From contig JASGJH010000001.1 in assembly GCA_047601445.1 (NCBI GenBank), positions 6,112,001 through 6,176,000 of the forward strand: a stretch of 64,000 nt of DNA, in the 5' to 3' direction. Below are positions 21,339 to 31,018 of the stretch, piece after piece. The position numbers and the translations under genes are program-made. The DNA is from Myxococcales bacterium (lineage in GTDB: Bacteria > Myxococcota_A > Polyangia > Polyangiales > DASUME01). The notes below the pieces were generated by a model. It was not told where the DNA came from. It did no database searches and saw nothing but the letters and a program-made list of their open reading frames with translations. Position 1 is the first letter of the stretch. Every line of letters starts with the position of its first letter.

Positions 21339-22745
21339 ATGAGTGCTGCTGCTCCTTCGCATGGAAGAGCCGTCGTCATCGGCGGAAGTATGGTCGGACT
21401 CGCGATGGCTCGCGCCCTCAGTGGGCACTTCCGTGAGGTGATCCTGATCGACAAGGACGAGTTCCCGGTCGACGCTCCAGCGCACCGCGTGGGCGTGCCG
21501 CAGAGCTATCACATCCATAACCTCACGCTGCGCGGCCAGAAGGAACTCGAAGACCTGTTCCCGGGCTTCGGCGAGGAGGCCGTGAAGCTCGGCGCCATGC
21601 GCATCGATTACGGTCGGGACGTGGCACGCTGCTCCGAGCTGGGCTGGCAGAAGCAGTTCCAGAGCGGGCTGATCGCCCTGTCGGCCACGCGCATCCTGGT
21701 GGAGTTCGCCGAGCGCCAGCGCTTCCGCGCGCTGTGCAAGAACGTCCGTGTGATCGAGAACACCCGCGTGGTCAACCTCATCACGGAGGGCGAGGGCAAT
21801 AAGCAGCGCGCCGTGGGTGTGGTCACCGACAAGCAGGACGAGACCCAAATCCGCGCGGACTTCGTGGTGGATTGCAGCGGTCGCGGCACCAAGTGGAAGA
21901 AGTGGTTCGAGGAGCGCAAGCTCCCGCTCCCACCCGAGACCGTGGTGGACTCGCGCTGCGGCTACAGCTCGCGCTTCATGCGGCCCAAGAACCCTGGCAA
22001 GTACCAGTGGAAAGCCATGGTGGTCGACGGAACGTATCCGGACCATCAGCACTGGGGTGTGATCGTCCCGCTGGAGAACAACGACTGGGTGGTGACCCTC
22101 GGTGGCATCGGAGAGAACTATCCTCCGGGCGACGAAGAGGGCTTCTTGAAGTGCGCCCAGGGCTTGCTCACGCCGCTCTATGCAGAGGCCATGGCAGAGG
22201 CCGAGCCCCTCACACCCATCCGTACCTTCCGCCGCATGGAGATGCGCTGGAACCACTTCGAGCGCGTGGGCGTGGCGCTCAACCGCTTTCTGGTCGTGGG
22301 CGACGCAGCCTGGGCCTACAACCCGCTCTACGGACAGGGCATGTCCATCGGCGTCACCTGCGCGCGCATCCTGCGCGACCTGCTCGACAAGAACCCGAGT
22401 CTCGACGGCATCGACCGCCGCTTCTACCCACCCGCCAAGAAGTTTTCCTGGCCCGCCTGGGAATCCACGGCGCTGCTCGACATGCGCTGGCCCCAGACCC
22501 ACGGCAAGCGCCCCTGGCACATGGCGCTCACGCATCGCCTGATGAACTTCGCCTGGCGCGCCGCGCACTACGACGAAGACCTCTTCATGGCCGTGCTGCA
22601 GAACGTGCATCTGCTCAAGTCGCCCACGGAGCTCATCACGCCCAAGTTGATGTGGGCGTTCACGAAGTACGTGCTCAAGCTCGTAACCTTCATGCCTCTC
22701 CGGCCCGTGCCTCAACTTCCGGCTCTCCCTTCTCCCGCGGAGTGA
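21339..22745 (+). CDS. FAD-dependent oxidoreductase/monooxygenase
   Basis: AVVIGGSMVG, VVDCSGR, VVGDAAWAYNPLYGQGMS. Confidence 0.88.
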   Translation: MSAAAPSHGRAVVIGGSMVGLAMARALSGHFREVILIDKDEFPVDAPAHRVGVPQSYHIHNLTLRGQKELEDLFPGFGEEAVKLGAMRIDYGRDVARCSELGWQKQFQSGLIALSATRILVEFAERQRFRALCKNVRVIENTRVVNLITEGEGNKQRAVGVVTDKQDETQIRADFVVDCSGRGTKWKKWFEERKLPLPPETVVDSRCGYSSRFMRPKNPGKYQWKAMVVDGTYPDHQHWGVIVPLENNDWVVTLGGIGENYPPGDEEGFLKCAQGLLTPLYAEAMAEAEPLTPIRTFRRMEMRWNHFERVGVALNRFLVVGDAAWAYNPLYGQGMSIGVTCARILRDLLDKNPSLDGIDRRFYPPAKKFSWPAWESTALLDMRWPQTHGKRPWHMALTHRLMNFAWRAAHYDEDLFMAVLQNVHLLKSPTELITPKLMWAFTKYVLKLVTFMPLRPVPQLPALPSPAE

Positions 22746-22751
22746 CTCGGA

Positions 22752-22805
22752 GCTCCCTGATTGCGGCGGGCACGTGGGTTGCCTCTGGCTGGCCGAGAGT
22801 CGCGC
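22752..22805 (+). repeat. Truncated 5' fragment of the hairpin element
   Basis: Arm plus GCCGAGAGTCGCGC only; ACTCGGAGCTCCCTG directly repeated at 22745 and 22806. Confidence 0.8.
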
Positions 22806-22812
22806 ACTCGGA

Positions 22813-23065
22813 GCTCCCTGGCAGGGGCGCGCGGGTGGCCTTCCTATGGCTAGCCGAGAGTCGCGCCATTGGCGGTGCGCCACGCGGTGGGGTCGGTCAT
22901 GGGGTCGCTTCCAGTCGTGGTGCGCAAGGCGCGCGGGAAGCGCGCAGGCTCAGTCTCCGTCGTTTCGCTCGCTGACGGGGTCCACCGGTTGAGCTTTGCT
23001 TCGAGTCGAGGCGCGCCAAGACTCGGCGCCATAGGAAGGCCACCCGCGCGCCCCTGCCAGGGAGC
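22813..23065 (+). repeat. Hairpin element copy C
   Basis: Perfect 38-bp terminal IR GCTCCCTGGCAGGGGCGCGCGGGTGGCCTTCCTATGGC; same core as A; followed by CCCGTGTGTTCACTAG. Confidence 0.9.
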
Positions 23066-23403
23066 CCCGTGTGTTCACTAGGCTCGTGCGTCCTTTCGTG
23101 ATTCTCTTTGCCCGGACGAGCTCGTGTGATCTCTTGGCCCGAACAGGCTCGTGTGATCTCTAGGGCTTGAACGCTCTCCGGCGAATGCTCGTACTTACCC
23201 ACGTGAGCTCAAGCGCAATCCGAGAGTCGCAGGAACACTCGGGTGCACTCGAGGAGGAGCTCACGTGAAAACGTGGGAGCTCCATCAATCACATGAGCGT
23301 ACTCGAGCAGAGCCTCAACTAGGATTGTCGAGCCACCAGTGATCACACGGCGCACTTGAGTGAGATCCCACCCGAGGCGCTCGAGCCCTAGTGAACACAC
23401 GGG

Positions 23404-23656
23404 GCTCCCTGATTGCGGCGGGCAGGTGGGGTGCCTCTGGCGCCGAGTCTTGGCGCGCCTCGACTCGAAGCGAAGCTCAACCGGTGGACCCTGTAAGCGG
23501 CCAATACGACGGAGACTGAGCTTGCGCGCTTCCTGCGGGCCTTGCGCACCAAGACTGGAAGCGACCCCATGACCGACCCACCGCGCTCAAGCTCGCCCCA
23601 TGGCGCGACTCTCGGCCAGCCAGAGGCAACCCCACCGCGCGCCCCTGTCAGGGAGC
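23404..23656 (-). repeat. Hairpin element copy D (inverted relative to C)
   Basis: Preceded by CTAGTGAACACACGGG; imperfect terminal IR; core is the reverse complement of C. Confidence 0.9.
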
Positions 23657-25096
23657 TATGGGAGATCGCTTGAACGCAGTCCGCACGTCCACTCCGAGAA
23701 ACACCCGTAGCCCGCCCACGAAGGACCCCACCACGAGGGCGACGTCGATCGCGAGTCGAAGTCCCGGATTGGCCGGCAAAAATGGCCTCACTGCGAGCAG
23801 CGTGATGACCACGCCCGAGAACACCACCACGGGTCCGCCCATGCTCTTGAGGAGTGCCCAAGGAGAGAGCGCCACGGCGTGCTTGGACATGATCAACGAC
23901 ACGGCCACCAAGCTCACGGTGGCCGCCACCCAGGCGAGGGAGATCACGAACACGCGATCCCAGTCCGTGAGGGTCAAGCCCAGGAACATCGCGAGCGCCA
24001 CCAGCAGCAAGTTGACCACCGAGTGCACGAGCGAGAGTCTCGACTTGCCTGCGGCCACGTACACGCTCGGGATGGTCTCGGCGATGCCGCGCATGAAGGC
24101 GGCCACCAGTAGGAGGCGGATCGCGTCGCCCGCGTGGGGCCAACCGCTCTTGCCGAGCAGCTGCAGCACGTTTTCGCCGTCCACGAAAATGAGCGCCATC
24201 ACGGGGACGGTCATCAGCGTGACGGTGCGGGCGGTCCATAGCCACGCTTCGTTCAGCTTGCTTAGCTCGCGGCCCAGGCGCGAATACACGGGCAGAGCGG
24301 TGCGATTGCCGACCTGCAGGATGGCGATGCTGGGGGCCATGGCGAGATCGAAGGCCACGCGGTAGCCGCCCAGGGCTTGCGTGGAGACCAGGCGTCCGAG
24401 CAGCAGGTAGTCGAGATTTCGGCTGAGCTGGACCACCGCCACGGAGCCGCTGATGTTGAGGCCGGTCTTGGCCATCCCGCGCAGGGACTCCCAGTCGAAC
24501 TCACGTCGCGAGTAGGGACCGCACAGCACGCTCGCCCCGAGCAGCTGCATGAGTCCGTTGGAGACGTTGCCAAGCAAGGGAGCCCAGGCGCCTGCGCCGG
24601 CGGCGGCCAGGCCCAATGTGACGAGTCCCGAGACCAAGGTGGCGAGCGTGGTGACGGCGCCCAGGGCCCGGTAGCGCATCTCGCGCGCGAGCAGCGCCAG
24701 GGGCACGGCGGCCAAGCCCACGAAGACGAGCTTCATGGCCGACACGCGGATCATGGAGGTCAGCTCGGGGGCTCGGTAGGCGTCGGCGATCCAGGGCGCG
24801 GCCAGCACCACCATGGTCGACAGTACGGCGGCGATGCCCGTGGCGTACCAGAACGCGCTCGAGGTCTGTCGTGGCGTGAGATCGGGCTGCTGGAGCGTGG
24901 CCGTGCCGATGCCCAGGCCGTTGAAACACTCCACGAAGACCGCCACGGACCAGGCCAAGGTGGCGACGCCGATTTGCTCGCGGGTGAGGAAGCGCAGTAC
25001 GAGGATCAGCGAGAGGGCGTCCAGGATGCGCGCCACCGCCGTGGCCGAACCGAGCCAGACGAGTCCGCGTGCCAGCTGCTGACGTTCTTCGCTCAT
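23648..25096 (-). CDS. Oligosaccharide flippase (Wzx/PST family)
   Basis: LARGLVW, 12+ TM, NLDYLLLGRL, LGGYRVAF. Confidence 0.85.
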   Translation of the reverse strand: MSEERQQLARGLVWLGSATAVARILDALSLILVLRFLTREQIGVATLAWSVAVFVECFNGLGIGTATLQQPDLTPRQTSSAFWYATGIAAVLSTMVVLAAPWIADAYRAPELTSMIRVSAMKLVFVGLAAVPLALLAREMRYRALGAVTTLATLVSGLVTLGLAAAGAGAWAPLLGNVSNGLMQLLGASVLCGPYSRREFDWESLRGMAKTGLNISGSVAVVQLSRNLDYLLLGRLVSTQALGGYRVAFDLAMAPSIAILQVGNRTALPVYSRLGRELSKLNEAWLWTARTVTLMTVPVMALIFVDGENVLQLLGKSGWPHAGDAIRLLLVAAFMRGIAETIPSVYVAAGKSRLSLVHSVVNLLLVALAMFLGLTLTDWDRVFVISLAWVAATVSLVAVSLIMSKHAVALSPWALLKSMGGPVVVFSGVVITLLAVRPFLPANPGLRLAIDVALVVGSFVGGLRVFLGVDVRTAFKRSPIAP

Positions 25097-25212
25097 CTCG
25101 GCGCGTGCTCTCGTTTCTTCGCTCGCGCGCCCGAGGGCGCACTTCGACGCGGGGCGCTCGGCGCCCGGCGCGACCTTTGCGGAGCCCCAGGCTTACGGTC
25201 ATTCTTGGGCCC

Positions 25213-26355
25213 GTGACCCATTCGGTCAGTATTTTGTGCCATACGCTCGCAGGGAACGCCTTCGGACGCGCGTGGCTCCTGGCCGACTTGCTGAGCCAGG
25301 ACTTCTCCGTGCACATGGTGACGGCCTGTCGTCCGAACGACGAACTTTGGGCTCCCGCGCGGGGTAGCTGCCAGTTCGAGATCCGTCGCTGGAGTCCTTG
25401 GTCCTATCCGGGGTACGTCGCACGCGCCCCCAGTATTGCGCGTCGCCTGGTCACGGGCGACATCGTGCTGGCGGTCAAGCCCCACTTGAGCTCGCTGGGG
25501 CTCGGGCTGGTGGCGCGCGAGGTGCGTAAGCGGCCTTTGATCGCCGATGTCGACGACTGGGAACTGGGCTTCAGCTCGCTGGCCGGGGATCTGCTAGGCG
25601 CGCCCTGGGCGGCGCTGTCGGCGGCGAGCGCGCTGCATACCCGCCGCATGAGCGCGAAGGTGCGCACGGCCGACGCAGTCACGGTCAGCAACTCGTTCCT
25701 TCATGAGCGCTACGGCGGCACCTGGATCCCGCACGCGCGTGACGAGGAGCGCTTTCGGCCTGTGCCCGGGCCGGCCGGCGAGCCGCCCACGGTGTTGTTC
25801 GCGGGTACGCCGCGCCGTCACAAGGGGCTCGGTGAGTTGCTCGAGGCCTATCGTCAGCTGCGGGTCCCTGCGCGCCTGCGCATCGTGGGGGGCATGCTCG
25901 ATCCCGAGCTGGTGCGCGAGACCCGTGACGAGGCGGGCATCTCGGTGGAGCCGCCGGTGCCCATGCAGGAGTTGCTCGGCATCTTGGCGAGCGCCGACGT
26001 GGTGGTGATCCCGCAGAGTGATAGCCCAGCTAGTCAGGGGCAGCTGCCGGCCAAGCTGCTCGATGCGATGGCCATGGGTCGCGCAGTGGTGTCCACGAAC
26101 GTGGGCGATATTCCGCGTTGGCTGGCAGACGGAGCCGGTCGCGTGGTGCCGCCCGGTGACGCTGGCGCGCTCGCGCGGGGGCTCGAGGAGTTGCTCGGCG
26201 ATGCGGCGCTGCGGGCCCAGCTCGGCGCGCGCGCCCGGGAGCGCTTCCTGCGCTACGGATCCCAGGGCGTGTTGAGGCCGCGCTTGGTGGGGCTGCTGCA
26301 GCGCGTGCTGGCAGGCGAGTCCTTGGCGCCCCCGGCGGCGCCGTTCTCCGATTGA
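25213..26355 (+). CDS. Glycosyltransferase family 4
   Basis: VLFAGTPRRHKG, PAKLLDAMAMGRAVVSTNVG. Start uncertain. Confidence 0.88.
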   Translation: MTHSVSILCHTLAGNAFGRAWLLADLLSQDFSVHMVTACRPNDELWAPARGSCQFEIRRWSPWSYPGYVARAPSIARRLVTGDIVLAVKPHLSSLGLGLVAREVRKRPLIADVDDWELGFSSLAGDLLGAPWAALSAASALHTRRMSAKVRTADAVTVSNSFLHERYGGTWIPHARDEERFRPVPGPAGEPPTVLFAGTPRRHKGLGELLEAYRQLRVPARLRIVGGMLDPELVRETRDEAGISVEPPVPMQELLGILASADVVVIPQSDSPASQGQLPAKLLDAMAMGRAVVSTNVGDIPRWLADGAGRVVPPGDAGALARGLEELLGDAALRAQLGARARERFLRYGSQGVLRPRLVGLLQRVLAGESLAPPAAPFSD

Positions 26356-26380
26356 AGGGGACACGCTCAGCCGAGCGTGT

Positions 26381-27334
26381 TCAGTCGAGGACCCGCCAGG
26401 CGATCTGGGCGAACAGGGTGCGCTCGCGCTCCGCGCGCACGCGGGCCTCGTCGAAGTTCGCGAGCTCCGACACCGAGGCGTACCAGTGCACCACGTGCGT
26501 GTCCGCCTGGAGCACCAAGTCCGCGCTCTCACGCGCGTTGGCGCGTTCGCGGAAGTACTGGCGCGAGATCTCGGGGCCCAGCGGGTAGAAGACACTCGGC
26601 GGCAACTGGCGCACCCCGAGCGCGTCGCCTGCTTCGGCCAAGCACTCCTGCAGCAAGTGCGTTCCCAGCCGATAGCGCAGCGGCAGATCGGCCTCCGGCA
26701 AGGCCGCCACGCGCTGCAGCATGTGGCGCACGAAAGGGTGGCGCGCCGTAAAGCCGAGCACCGCATTGTTGGCGGCCGTGAAGTAGAGCGGGCTCAAACG
26801 TCGGAATACCCGTTCGCCGCGGGGCAGGCGGGCACAGGCGTTGCGCACGAGGCCGCGCAAAGGACCGCCCAACACGCGATAGGGATGGAACCCGTAGCGC
26901 TTCTCGAGAGGCCATATGACGTGCTCCAAGCCGCAGTACGCCTGGTAATGCGCGAGGTCCGCCAGGTCGCGCAGGGTGACGGTGTCGGTGTCGAGATAGA
27001 CGCCGCCTTCGCGATACAGAATCAACAGGCGCGCTAGATTCGCGCGCGCGGCGGGCTGCGACAGGCCCGCGAACAACCGCGCGAGCAGTTCACACGGGAG
27101 CTCGTCGGACGCATCGGCGAACAGGTCGCGCTCGTTGAGGTGCGCGACTCCGAAGCGCGGATGTCGGCTGAGCGCCTGGGTGCACGCGTCGGAGCTCAGA
27201 TCATGGGTGGCCCACAGGGTGGCGCGCGCGCGGGGACAAGCCTTGAGCGCGCTTTCCACGGCCAGTCGTGCGAACCAGGGCAGACGCTCGCCGATCCACA
27301 CAAAATGGAGCTTTTCGGGGATCGAAGCGGTCAT
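26381..27334 (-). CDS. DXD glycosyltransferase (GT32-like)
   Basis: IPEKLHFVWIG, RLLILYREGGVYLDTD. Confidence 0.85.
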   Translation of the reverse strand: MTASIPEKLHFVWIGERLPWFARLAVESALKACPRARATLWATHDLSSDACTQALSRHPRFGVAHLNERDLFADASDELPCELLARLFAGLSQPAARANLARLLILYREGGVYLDTDTVTLRDLADLAHYQAYCGLEHVIWPLEKRYGFHPYRVLGGPLRGLVRNACARLPRGERVFRRLSPLYFTAANNAVLGFTARHPFVRHMLQRVAALPEADLPLRYRLGTHLLQECLAEAGDALGVRQLPPSVFYPLGPEISRQYFRERANARESADLVLQADTHVVHWYASVSELANFDEARVRAERERTLFAQIAWRVLD

Positions 27335-27431
27335 GCGCGCGCGGATTGTGAAGGAAAGTCAGGCCGGGCGCACTCCTCGTGCGAACTTCCTTGACCCCGA
27401 TCCGGGCAGGCCACACAACCACGCTCGCCCC

Positions 27432-29234
27432 ATGACCGAGCACCAGACCTCCCTCACCCCAGCGCGTCCCGGCTTGGTCCGGCGCCTCCAGGGGTACGTG
27501 GGTTCGCTGCTCGCGATCGAAGCGGGCGGGTCCGCCCGCGAGCAAACCCAAGATGCGTTGCTCAAGCGACTCGTGCTCCTCTACGTGCTGGTGCAGCTGG
27601 TGGGGGCACTCTGGGACCTACCCGGGGACCACGGCTGGGAGAACGATGGCATCGCGCCGCGCGGTGTGTTCAGCGGTTTGAGCGGCAATCTCAAGCCCGG
27701 CAATGCCCATCGCTACCCGCTGTTCCACTACGTGCTCTCGCTGATCGCGAGCTTGCCCGCGCTCTTGCTCACGCCGCTCGCCGCCGGCTCGCTCGGCAAG
27801 ACGGCGCTGCTCGAGGCCGGCGCAGGCACGCTGGTGATGACGGGGGTGTCGCTCTGCGTGAAACTGCTCGGCATCGGCCTGAGCGCGCTCGCGTTGCTCG
27901 CCCTGGCAGCCTTCACGCGTCGCAGCGCCAGTGTGGAGGCATCGCGCTGTGCCGCAGCCTTTTGCGCGCTCAACTTGAGCTTCGCCTACTACGGGCGGGC
28001 CTCCAACCTCGACGGACCTTACTTGGCGTGGTCTGCGCTCTTGCTGGAGCGGCTCTCGCTCTTGGGCCAGGGGGACGCGCGCGCGCAAGCTGCTCGCTAC
28101 GTGCAGATGGGGTTGTTGGGGGCCGCCGCCGTGGCCACCAAAGACCAGGCCTATGCTGTGGTGTTTCCCTTGTTCGCGGTGGCCGGCGTGCATGCCTTGA
28201 TGGCGCGCTCGCTGCCGCGTCTGGTGCGCCTCGCGCTCTCGGCAGGCGCGGGCTACGCGGTGTTCAGCGGGGCGCTCTTCAATCCGCGCGGCTTCGCGGC
28301 GCGCATCACCATGCTGCGCGGGACCAACAGCCAGGACTGGAAGATCTACGAGGACACCAGTCTTGGACTGTGGACCAACGTCGGCGATCTGGCGGGTAAC
28401 GTTCCGATGTGGTGGTGGCCTTGGCCGGTGCTCGTGCTGGCGGGGCTCGGCCTTTGCGTGTGTCTGGTGTGGGGGACGCGCGACCGCAAGCTGCTCCCGC
28501 TGTTGCCGCTCGTGATGGGTCTCGGTGGCCTCTGTCTCTTCACGCTAGTGGTCCGGCGAAACGACCATCGCTTCGTCCTGCCCGCGGCCTTCGTGGCCAG
28601 CTATTACGCCGGCGTGGGGGCGAGCGCGTTGCTGCGGGCGAGCTCGGGACGCGCGCGTCGCGCAACGCAGGTGGGCCTGGGGCTGTTGTTCGCTGCAGCG
28701 GGCTTTCAGAACCTGCTGCTCTTGGTCACGCAGTTCAGCGATGGTCGACGTCAGGTGGCGGCCTTCCTGGCCGAGCGGCCTCGGGGGACGCGCGTGGAGA
28801 CCTATGGCTTGCCTGTTTATCAACCCCACTATTGGCTGGGATCCGATGCTCCCTATCAGGTCACACGTCTCCAGCCGTTGAGTGGCGAGCCCTGGGCACC
28901 CATCCGCGGTCTGACGAACGTGCGCGACAGCTATGCCAACCTGTCCGCGCGCGGCCCGGACATCCTGCTCATCCCCGAAGGCTTCGCGATGCGCTACTTC
29001 GAGCGAACCTTGCGGCCGGGTGAGCGGCTCTCCGAGCAGGAGCGCAAGGCCCAGCTCGACCGCGATGCCACCGAGTTCATGCGCGCCGCCGTGGCGAACG
29101 AACTGCCAGGCTACGAGCTGCTGTTCGTGGCCGGCGAGGACCTGCCTGCGCCGCTCGCGCGCCTGGGGCTCTCGCCCGTGAGCGTCCACGGCAGCACGGG
29201 CATGCGCTACTGGGTGCTGTCGAAAAAGGGCTGA
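27432..29234 (+). CDS. Polytopic membrane protein, likely GT-C/PMT-like glycosyltransferase
   Basis: Many TM; acidic WEND loop after TM1, RYPLFHY, NLDGPY, ATKDQ, HRFVLP. Confidence 0.6.
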   Translation: MTEHQTSLTPARPGLVRRLQGYVGSLLAIEAGGSAREQTQDALLKRLVLLYVLVQLVGALWDLPGDHGWENDGIAPRGVFSGLSGNLKPGNAHRYPLFHYVLSLIASLPALLLTPLAAGSLGKTALLEAGAGTLVMTGVSLCVKLLGIGLSALALLALAAFTRRSASVEASRCAAAFCALNLSFAYYGRASNLDGPYLAWSALLLERLSLLGQGDARAQAARYVQMGLLGAAAVATKDQAYAVVFPLFAVAGVHALMARSLPRLVRLALSAGAGYAVFSGALFNPRGFAARITMLRGTNSQDWKIYEDTSLGLWTNVGDLAGNVPMWWWPWPVLVLAGLGLCVCLVWGTRDRKLLPLLPLVMGLGGLCLFTLVVRRNDHRFVLPAAFVASYYAGVGASALLRASSGRARRATQVGLGLLFAAAGFQNLLLLVTQFSDGRRQVAAFLAERPRGTRVETYGLPVYQPHYWLGSDAPYQVTRLQPLSGEPWAPIRGLTNVRDSYANLSARGPDILLIPEGFAMRYFERTLRPGERLSEQERKAQLDRDATEFMRAAVANELPGYELLFVAGEDLPAPLARLGLSPVSVHGSTGMRYWVLSKKG

Positions 29235-29323
29235 GCCGCGCGGTCGGATCATCCACAGATGCCAGGTCGAGGTCACGCCTTCCCGGCTTTCCTCCGCCTG
29301 TCAGGTTGCGTAGGATGCGCCCC

Positions 29324-30979
29324 ATGCACGCCTCCGACCGCATTGACCCCTGGGCACGCTGGGAATCGGGCCTGAGTAGGACCGCCGCCAATCATCAAGC
29401 GCTGAGTCCACTGAACTTCCTGGCGCGCACCGCCCAGACCTATCCCGATCGTACCGCGCTCGTCCACGGTAGCTTGCGGCGTGACTACCGCAGCCTCGAG
29501 CAGCGCTGCCTCCAGCTCGCCAACGCGCTTGCGCGTCGCGGCGTCGGTGCGGGGGATGTGGTGAGCCTGCTGGCGCCGAACGTGCCGTGCGCGCTCGAGG
29601 CTCACTACGGCGTGCCGATGGCAGGGGCCGTGCTGCACGCCATGAACGTGCGACTGGATCCCGCCACCATCGCGTACATGCTCGATCACGCCCAAACCAA
29701 GGTCTGGATCGTCGATCGCGAGTTCGCGGCGCTCGCGCGTGAGGCCCTCTCGCGCGCCAAGGTGCGCCCGTTGATCGTGGCTGCCGACGATCCGAGCTTC
29801 ACGGGCGGCGAGCTCATCGGCGAAGTCGGCTACGAAGAGCTGCTCGCCGAGGGAGAGCCGTCGCTCCATTGGGTGCGACCCGACGACGAGTGGCGGGCCC
29901 TCGCGCTGAACTACACGAGCGGCACCACCGGCAATCCCAAGGGCGTGGTGTACCACCACCGCGGCGCCTACCTCACGGCTATGGGCAACGTGCTCGCCAC
30001 CAACCTAGGGCGGCATGCGGTGTACCTGTGGACGGTCCCCATGTTCCACTGCAATGGCTGGTGTTTCCCCTGGGCCGTGAGCCTGGTCGCGGGCACCCAC
30101 GTGTGTCTGCGCCACGTGCGCGCGGACGCCATCTACGACGCCATCGAGAAGCACGGCGTGACCAACTTCTGTGGCGCTCCCACCGTGCTCAACATGATCG
30201 TGCAGGAGGGCCAGAAGCGCTCACTCAAGCTCGAGCGCGTGGTGGACGTGGCCACCGGAGGCGCACCGCCGCCTGCGGCCATCCTCTCGGCCATGGAGAA
30301 GGCGGGCTTCCGCGTCACGCACCTGTACGGCCTCACCGAGACGTACGGACCCGCTGTGTTCAACTCGTGGCAGGACGCCTGGGACCAGCTGCCCGCCGAC
30401 GAACGCGGCAGCAAGAACGCACGGCAAGGCGTTCGCGGGCCGACCCTGGAGGGGCTCACGGTGCGTCACCCGGAGACGCTCGAGGAGTGTCCCCACGATG
30501 GCCAGACCGTGGGCGAGGTGATGTTCGCCGGCAACATCGTCATGAAGGGCTACCTGGCCGATCCCGAGGCCACCGAACGCGCCTTCAAGGGCGGCTTCTT
30601 TCACTCGGGTGATCTCGGCGTGATGCACCCCGACGGCTACATCCAGCTCACGGATCGCTCCAAGGACATCATCATCTCGGGCGGCGAGAACATCTCGTCC
30701 ATCGAGGTGGAGAACACCCTCTTCAAGCATCCGAGCGTGCTCGAGGCCGCCGTGGTGGCGCGGCCGGATCCCCTGTGGGGAGAGACTCCGTGCGCCTTCG
30801 TCACGCTCAAACCCGGCGTTGCCCCGGTCACGGCCGAGGAGATCATCGCGTTTTGCCGCACCCAGATCGCTGGCTTCAAGTGCCCCAAGCACGTGGTCTT
30901 CGCGGAACTGCCCAAGACCTCCACGGGAAAGGTGCAAAAGTTCATTCTGCGCGAGCGCGCCAAGCAGGAGTCGCTGTAG
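29324..30979 (+). CDS. Acyl-CoA synthetase (AMP-forming)
   Basis: YTSGTTGNPKG, YGLTET, HSGDLG, DRSKDIIISGGENI, LPKTSTGK. Confidence 0.93.
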   Translation: MHASDRIDPWARWESGLSRTAANHQALSPLNFLARTAQTYPDRTALVHGSLRRDYRSLEQRCLQLANALARRGVGAGDVVSLLAPNVPCALEAHYGVPMAGAVLHAMNVRLDPATIAYMLDHAQTKVWIVDREFAALAREALSRAKVRPLIVAADDPSFTGGELIGEVGYEELLAEGEPSLHWVRPDDEWRALALNYTSGTTGNPKGVVYHHRGAYLTAMGNVLATNLGRHAVYLWTVPMFHCNGWCFPWAVSLVAGTHVCLRHVRADAIYDAIEKHGVTNFCGAPTVLNMIVQEGQKRSLKLERVVDVATGGAPPPAAILSAMEKAGFRVTHLYGLTETYGPAVFNSWQDAWDQLPADERGSKNARQGVRGPTLEGLTVRHPETLEECPHDGQTVGEVMFAGNIVMKGYLADPEATERAFKGGFFHSGDLGVMHPDGYIQLTDRSKDIIISGGENISSIEVENTLFKHPSVLEAAVVARPDPLWGETPCAFVTLKPGVAPVTAEEIIAFCRTQIAGFKCPKHVVFAELPKTSTGKVQKFILRERAKQESL

Positions 30980-31018
30980 CTCGCGTCAGCCCGTCGTGGT
31001 CGCATGCCAAGGATTTCC

